From Cercozoa sp. M6MM (Eukaryota > Protista > Endomyxa: Ascetosporea): DNA of 64,000 nucleotides. The position numbers and the translations under genes are program-made. The notes below the pieces were generated by a model. The model was not told the origin of the DNA and made no database searches. It worked only from the letters and a program-made list of their open reading frames with translations. Positions within the stretch are counted from its first letter, which is position 1; the number at the start of each line of letters is the position of its first letter. Positions 42,857 through 58,497 of this stretch are shown in pieces. The DNA lies in NCBI GenBank assembly GCA_040357565.1, contig JBDODJ010000005.1; one strand, written 5' to 3'.

Positions 42857-45800
42857 ATGTTCACAAAAGCGAGTGACGGGCGAATAGTACGCCCAAGAGG
42901 CGTAAAACCGGAGTCATTCGCGCGAGTCGTCGCTGCGGAGAGTGATACCTACCTAGGCGTGCGTATTTCCCAGGTATTCGATCTGACTTTTCACCCCAAC
43001 CTCGTCCATTCTGAGTGTCGCTGAGCATCTGTTGCGTAGAACCACAAGTCGCTTCGAATAGCAGATGAGACAGCGGAGTTCGAGCACGTGTTTGACGGCA
43101 ACAGTAGTGCACAAGATGCCGCTTCAAGGGTACGCGCTCCAAATAGTTTTCTTTCTTAAGAGCCTCAGCCAGTTTCATCGTTTACGTTGTTGCATTTCGT
43201 TCACCGGACAGATCCAAGAAACGGTACTGGACCCACTGATGCAACAGAATAACACGTGTCTGGTGATAACCGGCGACGCACGAGCTCTGCAAGAGAGTAG
43301 CGACTTCTTGTGGCGGCAACTCGTTACGCATCTCGGAAACGCTCTGTGAGTTGAACCTTTTTGTTGCTTTAGATTCGTTTCGATTTAAACCTTTGGACGT
43401 GTGATGTGGCACCTTGCGATAGGTACGAGAAAGTGGATGCAGCAGTTCTCTCTAACAGAGTTGGCGATGTTTCGCTTTCCGTGCAGGTGTCCCAGATCGG
43501 GTACGGACGGATTCTAGACCTGCTGTCGCCCGACCTTGTGCGCCTCGTGCTCGACGATGGAGCTGACGTGGGCGCCGTCATTAGGTGTGTTCTGTTCGTT
43601 GTAAACTTACAACCGCTTGTCCGCATACAGCTTCACTTTTGGATCTGCCAACCGGAGCAGAGGCAGCACGGTCGCCAAGGTACGGTCAGCGCGCGAATTT
43701 GCCAGCGTCGTCAATGACGCCTACAGAAACACGCATCAACTGCACTTAGCCGAAAGTGAACTCACAGGCAGTATGGAGAACGACGTGGAGTTCGGGACAT
43801 CTTTCACTTCAAGAGACGTTACGTGCATCATTTTGACACTGTGGATTTCAATGCAGGCACAGGTAGATGTTTTCTGTTACAGCTATCAGTACACAGCAGT
43901 TGCAAAGAATTATCCGATGCTTGTCTCTCTCAAGGATGACGAAAAAACGCTGGTGAAACTGCAGATCGCCCAGTTGCCCTGCGCAGACCTTGCGGGTCCT
44001 CTGAGCACAGTCTATCACTCGAGTTTTAACAGCGACGAAGCAGTTGCATGGCATCGAGTGATCTCGGCACTGTCCTCCGCCATCCAAGTGACACCCTGTC
44101 TAAACCTGATTGATGCGCTTTCATGGTGGTTGCTTGTGATTGGTGTGAAAGCAGGACGACGCAGTGCACAGTGTTCCCTTCGATGCAGGCACGTCAACAC
44201 GACTGCTTCGAGACGGGCTGGTGGGCAATTCGCGCGTCACACTGCTCCACACACTGCAGCAGTTCGACAGCGCCAATAGTGCTGCACTTCGTGGTGCAGT
44301 CTCGGTTCTCTCTACCGGTACGAACGTTTTGGGTTCGTTCTCACTTTGCTTCACTCCTCTTCCGCTGAACAGCGAGGGCGCTGGCAGCACTGGAGTCATA
44401 CCCTCTCAAGTGCACTTCTTTTCAGGTACAACAACTTCTGGGCTAGCATATGAGCACTGTGTGTAAATTTGTTGACTGATGCCGCATTGTAGTTGGGACT
44501 CTCACGCCAAGAGAGACTCCTCGCATGTCATTGGCGAAGTTCCTTGCGAACTGAATTAGCTGCGATGCGCCGACAAGCCGCCAATGCAACGCAGGTACGC
44601 ATCTGTTTTTGTCCTAAATAGAGTGATTTGTTGCACAAAACATGAAGATGATAACAGCATGAGTCGACGCGTTTGGTCAGCGTTCAACAGCAGGTAAGAA
44701 TCACCTGCAAGTTGAGCCCATAGCAACTGAAAGCTATTTCAATGAATTGTAGCTACTGTCTGCGCAAGAGGATTCGCGCCAGCTGCTACAGCAAAAGCAG
44801 CGCTTGTCGGAAGCTTTCGCTGCTTTTCGGACACGTTTCGACAGTGTCACCGAAGAAAAGGCTCGTTTGGCCAAGCACTTGGTATTGTACCGTTTATGTT
44901 CTACACAGTGTTGCATTGTTGATTCCTGAGCAGGTAAAATGTGAGCGAGAAAAACTGCAGTTGTCGAGAACTGCAATCGAAACTCGCCTCCAACACAACA
45001 AAGAAGCGGTGGGTGAACGAACTGACTCGCTACTACCTCTAAGTTCTAAGTGATACTTGTTTTACAGGAAGAAGCCACTGCCGCAAGATTCGAACTGGAA
45101 GCAAAATTGCTTGCCGAACAGGTACATTTTTCCCCGCCCGTAGCCGAGGCGAGGGCTTTTTACTGTCGCCGTGCGGCCAAATAGGAGAGTGCAAACGACA
45201 AGCGGAAAGAATGCGCCGAGTTGAACGCAAAAATTGTCGACCTAGAAGCGACACTGAAGGTAAAGCTCATACTTTTGTCAACTGAGACAACAAAACACAA
45301 CCCGCAACATGAACTGGACTCTAGAGCGAAACTGGGAAACTGCAAGACCAAGCAACAAAACTTCATACCGCTGTTGCAGACAGAGGTACTATCTAAGTTT
45401 AAGTTATATAGACTTGAAGAAAGGAAGACAAGGGAAGACGATTAACTGAAAGCACCAACGCAAGCTATGTTTGTATTAGAGAGTTTGCGACGAGAGTGTG
45501 TCGACTTGCGTGCGCGAAACGAGCGTCTCGGGATGGAAGGTGCGTGCGTTCAGTCTGGATTTACTCTGAGTTTTTCACATGAGTGAGGTGGCAACAGTTC
45601 TGAAGAAGGTCGCTCTGGAGAAGGAACTCGCAAAGCAGGCGAAAGAAATCGATGCGAACGTACCCTCGTCTATTTCATCTAGGGAGAACTCCACGTTTCT
45701 GGGTTTGTAGGCACAAAAACAACGTGCAATTGAAGAAAGACGACTCAACATGCAAGACGGCAACGTAAGCACCGAACCTGACCTGTCCCTGGGCTTGTTT

Positions 45801-46984
45801 CGTGTGATGATGAAAATGTGCGGTAGGATGCCTTGCGGGCCGCAAAGGAGGAAGCTGAAAAGAACGTTGCACAGGTGAGTAAGACAACGAACTGTTTGCA
45901 CGATACCAATACTGCTTTTACAGATGCGAGCGGAACTGTCTGAAAAAGTGGCGCAAACCGAGCGTTTGGAGGCCCTGCTTGCAAGGTTTTATTAAATTTA
46001 CACACTCACTGAAGTTTAGTTTGCGCAGAGGAGATGGCTTTCAATCATTAGAGCGGACGCCGTGCGCGAAAGACAGTTGGCAGAAATGGCAGCTGAGCAT
46101 CGTGCTGCACAAGAAGTAATACAGGCACAGCAGCGACAGGACCGACGGTACGTTCCTCCTGCGTGTTCTCTTGTTTCGCGTCTCACTACTGTATCACTCC
46201 TTTGACAGAGCTGCACAGTTTCAGATGCAGCGACTCAGCATTGCCCTCGAACTTGCGCACGAAGAGCGTATGCGCATATAATTGTTTGTCGGCAGTTCAT
46301 TGTGAATTGAGTAGGAGACACAACTAAAGAGAAAGCAGACGAACTGGAACAAACCGTTGCCGAAGTAAGCATGTTCGATGATTCAGATAGCAGCTATTTT
46401 TATCGTATAGCTGCAAGAGGAAATATCGAGGAAGGACAACAAATTGCTCCGCGAATCAGACGCGATTGCTCGGTAATCATTTCAGTTTTCGTTTGGTCTC
46501 TTTGTTTATGTTTTGTTTCCTCTGATGAACTTCATTTAGACAACTTGAGACTTTCCTGGCCAGCAACAGTGACGAAGCCTCCAAGATGCTTCGAACCTTG
46601 TCCAAGAAGCACGCGCAAACTGAAGCAACTTTGGTACGTTCAAGCTCAACAGGTGTCAGTCCAGCCGTCAAAGTTTGATCCATTTTGCCCAGACACAAGA
46701 GGCATGCAGATGGCGCGAGAGAGCTACCAATTTGACTCACCAGGCAACTGTAGAGACCTCTTTAAGAACTGAATGCACTTCCTACTCTACCATTTTACAA
46801 CCTATTGCAATAGCAACTGTCATCGCATTGTCACCGACTGCGTCTGGCATGTTCTCACCTTCTCGACCAGTGTCAAGAGTCAGAGGTAAAAGAAACGAGG
46901 CCAACTTTCAACAAACTTGGCCTTGCGAAGCTTGCTCTCAAACTTTAGACGCGAAACGCAGTCCTTGCCGCAGACGAAACCTTG

Positions 46985-47050
<66 letters not shown>

Positions 47051-47150
47051 NNNNNNNNNNNNNNNNNNNNNNNNNNNNNNNNNNNNNNNNNNNNNNNNNN
47101 NNNNNNNNNNNNNNNNNNNNNNNNNNNNNNNNNNNNNNNNNNNNNNNNNN

Positions 47151-47190
<40 letters not shown>

Positions 47191-48229
47191 CACAGACCAG
47201 AGTTGCTGAAGAAAGACACCATGAAGGACGTCAAACTGCAGGCTGTCAGCACTGCAGACGACGACTTGAGGTATCGACATGGAGTGAAGATTCCTTTTTG
47301 CAAACGTTTTTCGTCGAACTGAAGATTGGAGTTTTAGGGAAAAGCAACAGCTCAGAGAGAGTCTTGAAACGGCCCGTGCTCAGGTTCGAACGCTGACCCA
47401 GGAACTCGCACAAGCAACCGCTGCTACGGAAGAAGCCAGACAACTTAACGAGGACCTGCGGCAGGTAGCTTACATTGCGCTTTCGATGGAAAGCACGCAC
47501 ACGTGGAAATGCTGCGCAGCAAAAGATCGCTGACGAGCAGCGAAAAGCAGAACAACTGTCTGCACAGATTGCTGCCTTACAGTCGCTTGGCGCGGAGGTA
47601 AAGTAATGTCTTCTACTTCATAAAATACATGACTCAACAATTAGCCTGATTTTCACGAAGGTGAAAGAACAGCGGAAGCAGACAGAAGAAGAAACGCGAC
47701 AGTTGCGTGAAGAGAATCGAGCAGCCATCCGTCTTGCTGATGGTTTCTTGCCTCTCATTTGAATGACACTGTTTCAGGGTTCAATTAAACTGTGCACCGT
47801 TAAATCCACAGAATCCCAAAGGAGAGCCGAGATCGCCGAAGAGAAAGCTATGAAGCTCCAGCAGCAACTCGAAGAGTCTGCAACTGTCATGGTTGGTGAC
47901 AAGAAGGGCCGGAAACAACTGCGACATCTACAGCGCAAGCTTACTGGTATTGCGGTGTTGTGTCGTTTACAACTTACCTAGCTACACAAGGTGTGATAGA
48001 GCAACGCGAAGAGCTTGAACAACTGAGACAACAAACGCGCGCCAGTACTGCTGGCGAACTTGGCGAACTTGCAAGTGATCTCGGCGACACACGCTACATA
48101 CGAGAACTTGAAGAAGAGCGCGCTGCACTGTTGCTTCGCGCCACCCGTGCAGAGGCCGAGCTAAGAGCGATGAAGAAGGAGTACGGGAAGCGACTCGCTG
48201 AGTTAATGAACGCCCCTGTGAGAGGGTGA
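42857..48229 (+). CDS. CCDC78-like coiled-coil protein with an N-terminal degenerate kinesin motor domain
   Basis: Kinesin-fold remnants EFEHVFDGNSSAQD, ILDLLSP, VPFDAGTSTRLLRDGLVGNSRVT; DUF4472-like EREKLQLSRTAIETRL..ARFELEAKLL; C-terminal RELEEERAALLLRATRAEAEL resembles the CCDC78 tail. Confidence 0.7.
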
Positions 48230-48326
48230 CCGACACCAGTAGGTGGTAGATGCGCCGTCCGCTCCGGTAGTAAATGTCAATTGCGGTGTAAATACAACTT
48301 CAGTTAGTGGGAATACATACTTCAGT

Positions 48327-49552
48327 TCAAGAACGAGCATGAGCTGTAATTAGTACGAACGGAGGATCGATATTTTGTCGTGCGATGTAGGAGTGGACTT
48401 GTCGCAAGCGAAGTCGTACAATGTCTTGGATTTGAGGCGACAGGGTTGCGATGACTATCTCGTCACCTTTGTGTCTGTTGGCACTGTCTTCGTTTTCAAA
48501 AACCTACCCGCGGGTTTGAGAATGCACTAATTCATTAATAGTCACTCGCACAGGGAAACGAGGAGGTTACGTTGTGACTGACGATTCCTTGGTAGCCGGC
48601 AGTGGTGAGGAGTTCCCGAAGGAATCCTTGAGTTGGTAGCGGGCGCTTTATCTCGCGGGCAACAAAGTACGGCTTGCTTTCGGCCAAGTCGCGGCTGTTT
48701 TTGTCGAGATTCAGGCGCGAGAACTCCACTGTCAGCCAACTTGTACCAGGCTGTTGGTACACTTTCATTGGCCACAAAGAAGAAGATGACGCCTTGTCAA
48801 CCCGCAACTTTGCCTGTGCCTGATCGTTGGTCATGATGCAAAGGACGCCCCCGGGTCGAAGCACACGACAAGCATCCTTGAACAAGTTGAGAGCCCTAGG
48901 AGTGCTTCAATACTTAAATTAACATATTAGTGTACAGAAAGGTGTACCGACTGCGACTGAGTCCGTTCACAACGGCCATTGAAAAAACCACATCAAAGCT
49001 TCCAGAAGCGAACGGGAGGTTGCCGTCGCTTCCGATGCGAACAAACCGTGCATTTGTGCATCTCGTTTGACGTGCGCGCTCAGTAGCATAAGCTACGTAG
49101 CTCTCGCGAGGGTCCACTCCAACACACTCGCTCACAAAAGGTTGGCTCGCGAGTAGAAGCGAAAAGGCGCCTCGCCCGCACCCTGCAGCAGCCGAAAAGT
49201 TAATATCTAAATTTTACATTTACAAATAAAGTTACAAACTGTAGCAAGTGCCCATTCAATTTACCCAAGTCCAGAACACGAGACCTCCGCTTGCTACTTG
49301 TAGATATCACAGAGGAAGAAGGTGCGACGACTGTACCAAACACGCAACGTATCGCTTCGACGTAGGCGTACCTGAAAGTGGGTCCTCTTCAAATTGCTAC
49401 TGCCCGGTGAAGGGAAAGAAAAGCAAACATCGATACCGCCAATCAAGAATTTTTGAAAGTGGGTCGTCGCTAAATTCGCTTATCCGCGAAACCGGAATTT
49501 CACCTTCGACTGTTTCTCCGATGGTATCTCGTTGTTGGACGCCCAGAGACAT
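48327..49552 (-). CDS. Class I SAM-dependent methyltransferase (Methyltransf_11-like)
   Basis: RVLDLGCGRG (spliced), CVGVDP, NLPFASGSFDVVFS, CRVLRPGGVLCI. Confidence 0.85.
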
Positions 49553-49829
49553 TACGAATGTCAAAGCCTCGTCGATTTGGATGCAGACCGGACGCAATTG
49601 AGTCAAACTGAGAAACTGGCAATCAACTTAGTATCTAAGAAACTGATGTAGAATGGTGCCTAAGTTACCGAGCTACCTGAGTCAGGTCTACTTGTGATGA
49701 CTGACAGTTTCTGAAGCTTAATCTATAAAAAAACGCTCGCGACAGGGTTTCAACAACTGGAGCTGCAGTTTTTCCCAAGCTGCAGCTTGTTTGTGTTTTA
49801 CGCAAAGTCGCAGCTGGGTGCAACGTGTC

Positions 49830-51384
49830 ATGAATAGATCCAATCAGCAGTTTCACAGCAACTTAAGGAAGACGGAGGATGTATTTCAGACTGAAGAGCT
49901 CGGTATGCTTAAAACGGAGTGCTTCGGCGACTGTCGAGCGCGAAGCGGTCGCTGCGTCAGTGCTTCGTTGTCTTCGACCACATGTGTGTAATTTTCGTGT
50001 ACCATTTATCAGTTTTCATGAACTTATTGAGCACTCCATTCCAAATTGAGCAGAGCACCTCCTTTCAGCAAAAGGTGGAGACGGCCGCTAAGAAGAGCGG
50101 CGAGCGCTGATCAGGCGTGCCGGACGCGACGGTGTAATCACGGAAGGACAAACCTTCTGGCAGGACCCTTTATGCCCGCACGACTAGCAAACTTAATCAT
50201 ATCAGGAGCAGCCACGACATCGGAGCTGATTTCGCCGCTGTTGGGTCTCAAGACAACTCGCCTCACATCGTCCCAGAGGATGCAGGCCGAACAGCAATAC
50301 GCAAAAACAGCCATCTTGTCAACATTGGATCGCGTAAAACAGGGAAAGCAGCATCCGTCGTTCAGTCGGTACCCATACGAAACTGGCGTGACGACAGCAG
50401 AAAGCCAACTCGAGACGAAACTGTTTGAAGAGGAGCGCCCGAAGATTATCGCGAAATTGCAATCCGACAGCGACCGCAGCTTTTGCAAGCTAACGCAAGC
50501 TCGAATCGCTGAAGTGTGCGCGTCATTTCGACAAAGGCAAGACCGAGAAAGCAAAAAAGCAAGACGACTTGAGGAGCAGTTTTGGTCGGACTCTTTCGCA
50601 GGGCCACGGCACTTCCGAGACGTGCAACCTTTTCACATTGGGGAAAGGGTGAAGCTTCCGACGTTAAGCCGTGCTTCCGCGGATAGGATTTTTGTTTCAC
50701 GGGTGGAATTTCTCGACGACAACTTGCTCAAGGGTGACACACAACGGCAATTCATGACGACGACGGAGGCCGTAAAATACATGACTGCCCTCATTTTCTG
50801 CGTGCAGATGCACTTCTTTAAGTTTGATCGTCTTTAGTACCCAACTGACGGAGTGACGAGCTTTAACATTGGTCAAGAAGACAAGCGACGTGTGCTTCAG
50901 GTAAATTTAGATCTCCAATGGTCGACAGTCCTACCACCTCGGCTTGGTCGTACCACTGCGTGTTCTGCTTGCATTAGGCGAATATGATGCACGCCATCCG
51001 CAAAAGAACTGCCGAGAAGCTCGTCGTGCAGCACCTGCAGCAAGAAAAACGTCAACTCGAGGAAAAATCACGGAAGAGAGCCGAGGCATGTCGGCGAGCG
51101 AAAGCCGCCTGGCGGAACAAAATAGCTGCTCACAACGCAGCGCAAGCCCGGCTCTACTTTGGTGTGTTCGTCTCCTCCCCTGTAGATGTGCATATTTTTT
51201 AGCTCTGGCGCAGCAAGACGTCGTCGTGGGTTTGGAGAGTTTTCACCGCAGTTCGCGGCACCCAAGAAGGTCAAAAGAAAGAGCGTTCTACACGAGCCTG
51301 TATTGGCCGGGCGTGCGCAGCATGACATTCAGTACAAAATACCGTGAGGAGGCGCCACTGGCAGTTTCAGTTTTCTTCGCATGA
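49830..51384 (+). CDS. Hypothetical basic protein, multi-exon
   Basis: Long ORF 50046-50837 plus flanking exons with GT-AG boundaries; no motif recognised. Confidence 0.45.
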
Positions 51385-51749
51385 CTGGATGCACCGGTGG
51401 TCACAGTATAAAATTAACGACGGATCAGGACCTGACCGCACATCTCCAGCAAGTCAACAACGTAGGGGCAGTCGGCACGAATTCGATTTCTTCCGCTCCA
51501 TAATATCGCATCAGTTGGCACCAATAACTACGTTTGCTATCGTACTACTAGCGCGGCGGAGTACGGCAGTGCTGTCGTGTGCTGCTGCACCACTGAACCG
51601 ACGAGACGGGCCGGCCGGGGCGGGCTACTCTGAACACACGCACCGCCGCGTGCGGTGCATGCAAACGCTAAGCAAGGCTGAACGAAACTAAACCAACGTC
51701 TTTCGTTTTCGACCGACACTTGCACTATGCCGTTCCAGATATCATTGCG

Positions 51750-53122
51750 TTAGGTGCCGAAAAGCGCGTGCATGATCCTGTCGCAGCAAGAGCGGCGCGG
51801 TCGTCCGTTGGCGTGCAGCAGGTGCTCATCGGACACTCGCAGTCGCCAGCGACGCCTGGAAACACACAAACACACATGCCTTTTTACACGCTCAGTCAAG
51901 AAAGGAAACACGTGGGAGCAACGGTACATGGCAGCGTCGGTGTCGTCGGGCGAAAACAGAGCGCCCGAACGCTGGGCGAACGTGTCCTTTTGGAAATCCA
52001 CCAACGTGGGTGCGCCCTTTTGCACGCCCAGAATGCAGTCATTCACCCTGCAACACATGCATGAAACAACACTTCGGAACAGAGCGTTTTGGGCAGAACA
52101 AGGTACATTGAGCCGTTCTGGGCCAGCAACAATCTCGCTTGTTCCGGCGTACGCACCTGCACGGCGAGCCAGTTGCCTCGGCCGAAGGGAGCAGCGCGCA
52201 CGCGTCTGATCGGCGCTATCCAAGCCACACATACGCTTAGAAGCATATAGTAAGCCAGTCGGAGGCAAACGGTACCGCCAATGACTTGCTCGAAACGAGC
52301 GAGCACTTGCGGCGCGTCGCAAGGCGGGAAACCAAAGGCAGTCACCGTGCACGGGTCCACCTGGACCTACAGAGACCACACTGTGTGTGACTAGTACACA
52401 TGATTACACAGACAACACGGACCTCTTCCTCTGTCGTGGAGCGGGTTCCTCTGCTTTGTGACTGCGTCTGCTGACCCGGCGACGGCGTGGACGCGCGGAT
52501 CACCGAGGCGAAGGCATCGGCACCCAGGTTATCGCCGACACCGTCTGTACCACATGCAACGAGAGTTTGCTTCAACAGATTTTGCTTAATCACAGAAAAA
52601 AGAAATGCACCAGCGAGATCAGCAGCCAGCGATCGCAGTGGCAGCAGTTTCTCTTCTTCTGCTACAAAGCAATAACGTCTTCTTTCAAAAACGGTACACA
52701 AGGGCGATATTGAAACACATGTGACAGTACCACTGGCAATGTTGTCCAGCGCCAGCGGTTCATCTTGGTCGCGTTGCTGCTGCTGCCACGGCGATGTTGG
52801 TGCTTGCAGCGTCGTCGACAGACTCGCCGTGCCGGGAGCGAGGCCTGCAAGCCATAAACAATGATATGTCTTCCAATTCCAATTTGGAGACTCAAGCTTG
52901 CTCGACACACCCTGGAACATTGGCTGGTCCTCAGCTTCTGAACCCGTCAGTGCCGCCATCAAGTGTCGTCGCCGCCGACGCGGCTGTTGTTGCGCCAGCT
53001 CCGATGCTGCAGACGAACCAAACACACAGAGAGATCAGACAATCATCCTCCCACGTGAGAAATTCGCTTGTGTCCCAAACCGCACCTTTGCCAGCAAACA
53101 AACGCCTGCTATGCTCGCTCAT
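51750..53122 (-). CDS. NUP35: Nucleoporin Nup35/Nup53 (RRM-like MPPN domain plus C-terminal amphipathic helix)
   Basis: CTVTAFGFPP..VLARFEQ, GNWLAVQVRTPEQARLLLAQNG..CILGV; C-terminus SCCDRIMHALFGT* resembles the Nup35 membrane-binding helix. Confidence 0.8.
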
Positions 53123-53302
53123 TGCTACAGATACTCGCGTGCACTTAAATCTTGCACTTTCGGGCGCCAAGATTACTTTTATTTTTTGTCTTTTTCTTAT
53201 TGTTTGCCAACGGCGGACATGGTTTTTCGATCATTTGGCTTCCTCTGCTGCTAACCGGCTGTGTGGTACTCTGCCACTACTGCACAGAGTTTTGTTGCGG
53301 GC

Positions 53303-54452
53303 ATGAATGCGCCGTTTGACGATGGTGAGACTGGCTCGGGCGCTTGACCAGCAATTTTGTTGAGCGTTTTGTGGTTGTAGTGTCAGACTCGGAACTAGAG
53401 GAGATAGACCATGCCAACACTCGAACTTGCTGGTATGCTCGTGACGCAGATGTTAGAGGAGAGGAAGATGACTTCCGGGCATCTAAGATGCGCAAGGTAT
53501 GTTGTATCACTAGTATTCGTGAAAGTATCCGGCAGCTTTGCTTTTAGGTTGTTCTTGGCGGCACAGTTTCTCTCGCAGCAGTTGGAAGCAAAAGAAGGCG
53601 CCTGTCAGAGATATCGTGTGCCGCACTCGACACTTCGTCGAACTCAACTTTTGTGAGTTTGTTTTTTGTTTTTGTTTTGTTTATCAGTTCACATTCATGT
53701 CCAGGCCGACTTTGGCAACAGGTTGATTGTCGCCTTTGCGCCTCCTGGGCAACATACGAGGGTACGCGTGTTTTTATGTGCAATTTTACATCTAGTGTTA
53801 CGCTTGTTTCAGAGGGCTGGTTGGAACTCAACTCGATTTTTTGGTGTTTTTATCGCCTTCTTGTCGCTTCTTTTGTTCACTGCAACTGCTGCCAATCGCA
53901 GCGGCATTCGCAGGTTTTCTATTTTGTTTGTTCTTTATCGTGCTTGGATATATTGCGTGTATTTCTGGTGCAGTGGTGGCGTTAAAACAAAAGACCGCAG
54001 CACTTTCTTTTGGTTGACCGTCGCTTGGACTTCACTGCTGCACGTCGCTGCCTGTGCACTGGACATACCACGCTCCTCGTTTTTTCCTTTCATTTTTTTA
54101 GTTTTGCGCAGTGATTGTGCTCACTTGGCGAAGGACGCACTCTTGGTGGTGGTTTACGCAGTTTCTTGGGTACGCTGGTTTCAGTTGTATCGGATTGGTT
54201 CCTTAATCTTTCGCCTGGTAGTGTGGCGCTCTGCATGACGTCCGCGCTGCAATCCTTCATGTTGTTCTCGATGTTGTCTCTTTCGTGGCTGTTGACGCAG
54301 CTGCTGCTGGGTGCCGTGTTGCTCGAGGTAATTTGCAATGCCCTTGTTTGGTTCGTTAGTTCTATCTCTTGCCGTTGCAGGTGGCTTCAATGCGCGGCGC
54401 CGCATGGTTCATTCCTCTTGTGCACGGCAACTTCGCCGGGGAGGTCGATTAA
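53303..54452 (+). CDS. Hypothetical multi-pass membrane protein
   Basis: Spliceable exons with several hydrophobic segments (FFGVFIAFLSLLLF, FFWLTVAWTSLL, FMLFSMLSLSWLLTQLLLG); one junction uncertain. Confidence 0.45.
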
Positions 54453-54908
54453 CAAAGCGCTCAGTCGTTCGGATGCTCATCGAATGTCTTGACTCCTCGC
54501 ATCAGACGCCACTTCTCTGCTGCGACTCGTGCGGTGAAGAAATCGATGGACGTCATGATCGGATCGGATCAGCTTAAGTCAGGCAGCGCAGTGCTCATGA
54601 GCCAGAACGCCTGGCGCGCACTCCGCGCTACCCGCGGCCCCAACTCGACGCGAACCCCGGGTTCTAGCTAGTTGTAGCACATATGTCAGATACGTGCACG
54701 ACAGTACGCGACGGTAAGCTACCGTAACGTCACGGTCCGGCCGGCACGGCAATCTAGAAAGAAACCTCGCCGGCACAAAGCCAAGCGAAGCCTGCGCTGA
54801 AGTCGGTACTAGTGGTCGCAATTGGTCGAGTCGCTCGCATCGTGCACGGCGGTCAGGTCATTGGCAGTCGGTCACAGCGACCACCAGCCGCCACGCAAAA
54901 ATCGTCTT

Positions 54909-56206
<1,298 letters not shown>

Positions 56207-56700
56207 TGTGACCTGCAAAAACGAGTCGTTCGTACTACGCTAGTAGTTGCCCCCTGGGCAGAAGAAACTTTCATCGTTCGTGAAACGCCGAAACGTTCAT
56301 CCGAACTCACCCAGCTGACAGTATTAACTAAACGTTTAAGTTTACCGCTGTGGCGCACTACTTTGAGTTAGCACTTTATTGCCAGGATCCACCCGGTTCT
56401 TCGTCACATATCGAACTAAACTATAATGGTGCGCTGGTAAATTACCATAATACAGCGAGGCGAACGACATGACCCCACAGAGTGTCCTGTTGTTTGAGTG
56501 CGAGATCAATGATCCAGCGAGAGCACAAATCTAATGTACCTAGCTGTTGCACGCTCTGCTGTGCTTGACATATGTCTACCCATTCAAGGTACTTACTGCT
56601 CTACCTATGCTTTACAATCTGGACGGCAAAAAAAACTAGAAAACAGATAACTTCAGTTTCTATAGCTCGAAAGTGGCATCACGGCCACGTTCTCAGCAAG

Positions 56701-58276
56701 ATGGTTCGTTCAATACATGCAGTGTTTACTCCCCGACAGAAACATGGTCTTTCCGATGCGTGCGTTTGTCATGCAGAAGGATACACGCCGCTGGTGTTCG
56801 ATGCCGAGAGTTTCGAGCCTAACCACGACAACGAAATCGTTCCCAATGATGAGTAAGCTACCCTTCCTTCACCCCTTTACCCCCCATTAATGAATGAGTG
56901 ACTGCGTGCAGGTACGATGTAGAAGAACTCCGCAGATCCAGAATCAGCTCTGGCCAAGCTCGCGGAATCCAATCTGTTGAGGTAGTCAATTTATTTACGA
57001 TGCCTCTGCTTTGGTTTAGTTTTTTCTGTGTTTTTCCAGTCAACACAAACTCCAAACAGTCTTGAAACCTTGGTCCAACAGGTAAAGGCTATCTGCATAC
57101 CACACACATACATACATACAACATGTATACATACATACAACATGATTGTATATATATATATATGTATAATATACTGTATAGTACACGGTGTTGGTGCTGT
57201 TTGCGCCGGTCGTAGCGTGCTACGGTATGCTGTTGGGGGTGCTCGCCATCTTAGACACGTTGAGTGTGGAGGCGAGGAACCAGAGCGACCTATCGTTCGG
57301 CTTGTCTTCGAGTGTGATATCACTGTGTCTGTTCGGGTCGATTGCCTTCCTGACCCTCGCACTCAAGCAGCACAACTCGCTGGTGCTTGCATTGTCAGCA
57401 TACACACTGTTTGTCACTGCACTGTGCGGACTCTGTGCGGCAGTGTTGGTGCCTCTGTTGTACACTCAGGGACGCCGCCAGGTGCAGGTGCTGCAGCACG
57501 ACTATCGTCGAGTCGAGCAGTTTGACAGTGTGCACACTCCGTTTACTGAGGTATACTTGTGTGTGTATGTGTGTGTGTGTGTATGTGTGTGTGTGTGTAT
57601 GTGTGTGTATGTGTGTTCAATACTAACCATACACATCACTTTGCTGGTAGAGAGACAGCGACACTCAACGATTGCTGATTGAGTTGACGTACGCAGTCGG
57701 CACACCTGGCGGCACTGATGTGTGTCCGCTTGTTGCAGGTACAAAGCGGTATTGTCTACAGATTCATTGTAACAGATAGTGTGATGTGCCATTGCAGAAA
57801 GAGGCAAACCCAGCTCCGTGTGGATGGTGTCGCCTCTGTGTCAACAACAGCATGTGTCACATGCTGTAGTCAAGATCGACTTTAACACCGATGGTTCGAC
57901 CCCTCCTCGGTCTATGTGCACGTGTACGGTGTACTACTCAAATAAGAGGGCTTGGTCTGTAGAACTGCCACTGAGCGAGGAGCAAGTACAGCAAGCAATC
58001 CAGCAGCACAAGTACCCGCATACGGAGCACGTGCTCAATGTGAGAGACGGTTCCACCATTTACGTCGAATGGCGAGAGTCCGAGCGGAATGCCTTGGTCT
58101 ACCTTGTCTTGCTGGTACGTCTCAATTGGCCGACCTGTATGTAGCGGACATCAGCTGAAGCTGAAACATTTTTATCTGGTGTCGAATAGTTGTGCCAGCC
58201 GCTATTGCTGTTCGCTAGTCTCGTGGGCGTCATCAGGGCTCGGCCCAGTTTCCTTCGCTTCCTGGGCCCAAGTTGA
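56701..58276 (+). CDS. Four-TM membrane protein with tetraspanin-like topology; start uncertain
   Basis: Three clustered hydrophobic helices (57181-57465), a Cys-containing loop of about 150 aa, and a final helix LVYLVLLLCQPLLLFASLVGVI. Confidence 0.55.
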
Positions 58277-58497
58277 TCCGATCGCAACTGGAGTTTAAAG
58301 TTTCAAGTTAACTCGACTGGACTCGGACTTACCGATTCTACCTGCCGGGGGTCCTACCTATCGTATTAGCGCTCTCAAAACGGCACGTTAGAAGTGAGTC
58401 ACCCAGTGGGAAGTACCTCGAAAAAAACTGAAAGCACTTAACCGAACAGGAAATCAACTCACGTTGAAGGCACTGCAGGCAATCGAGTTCCCACGAT

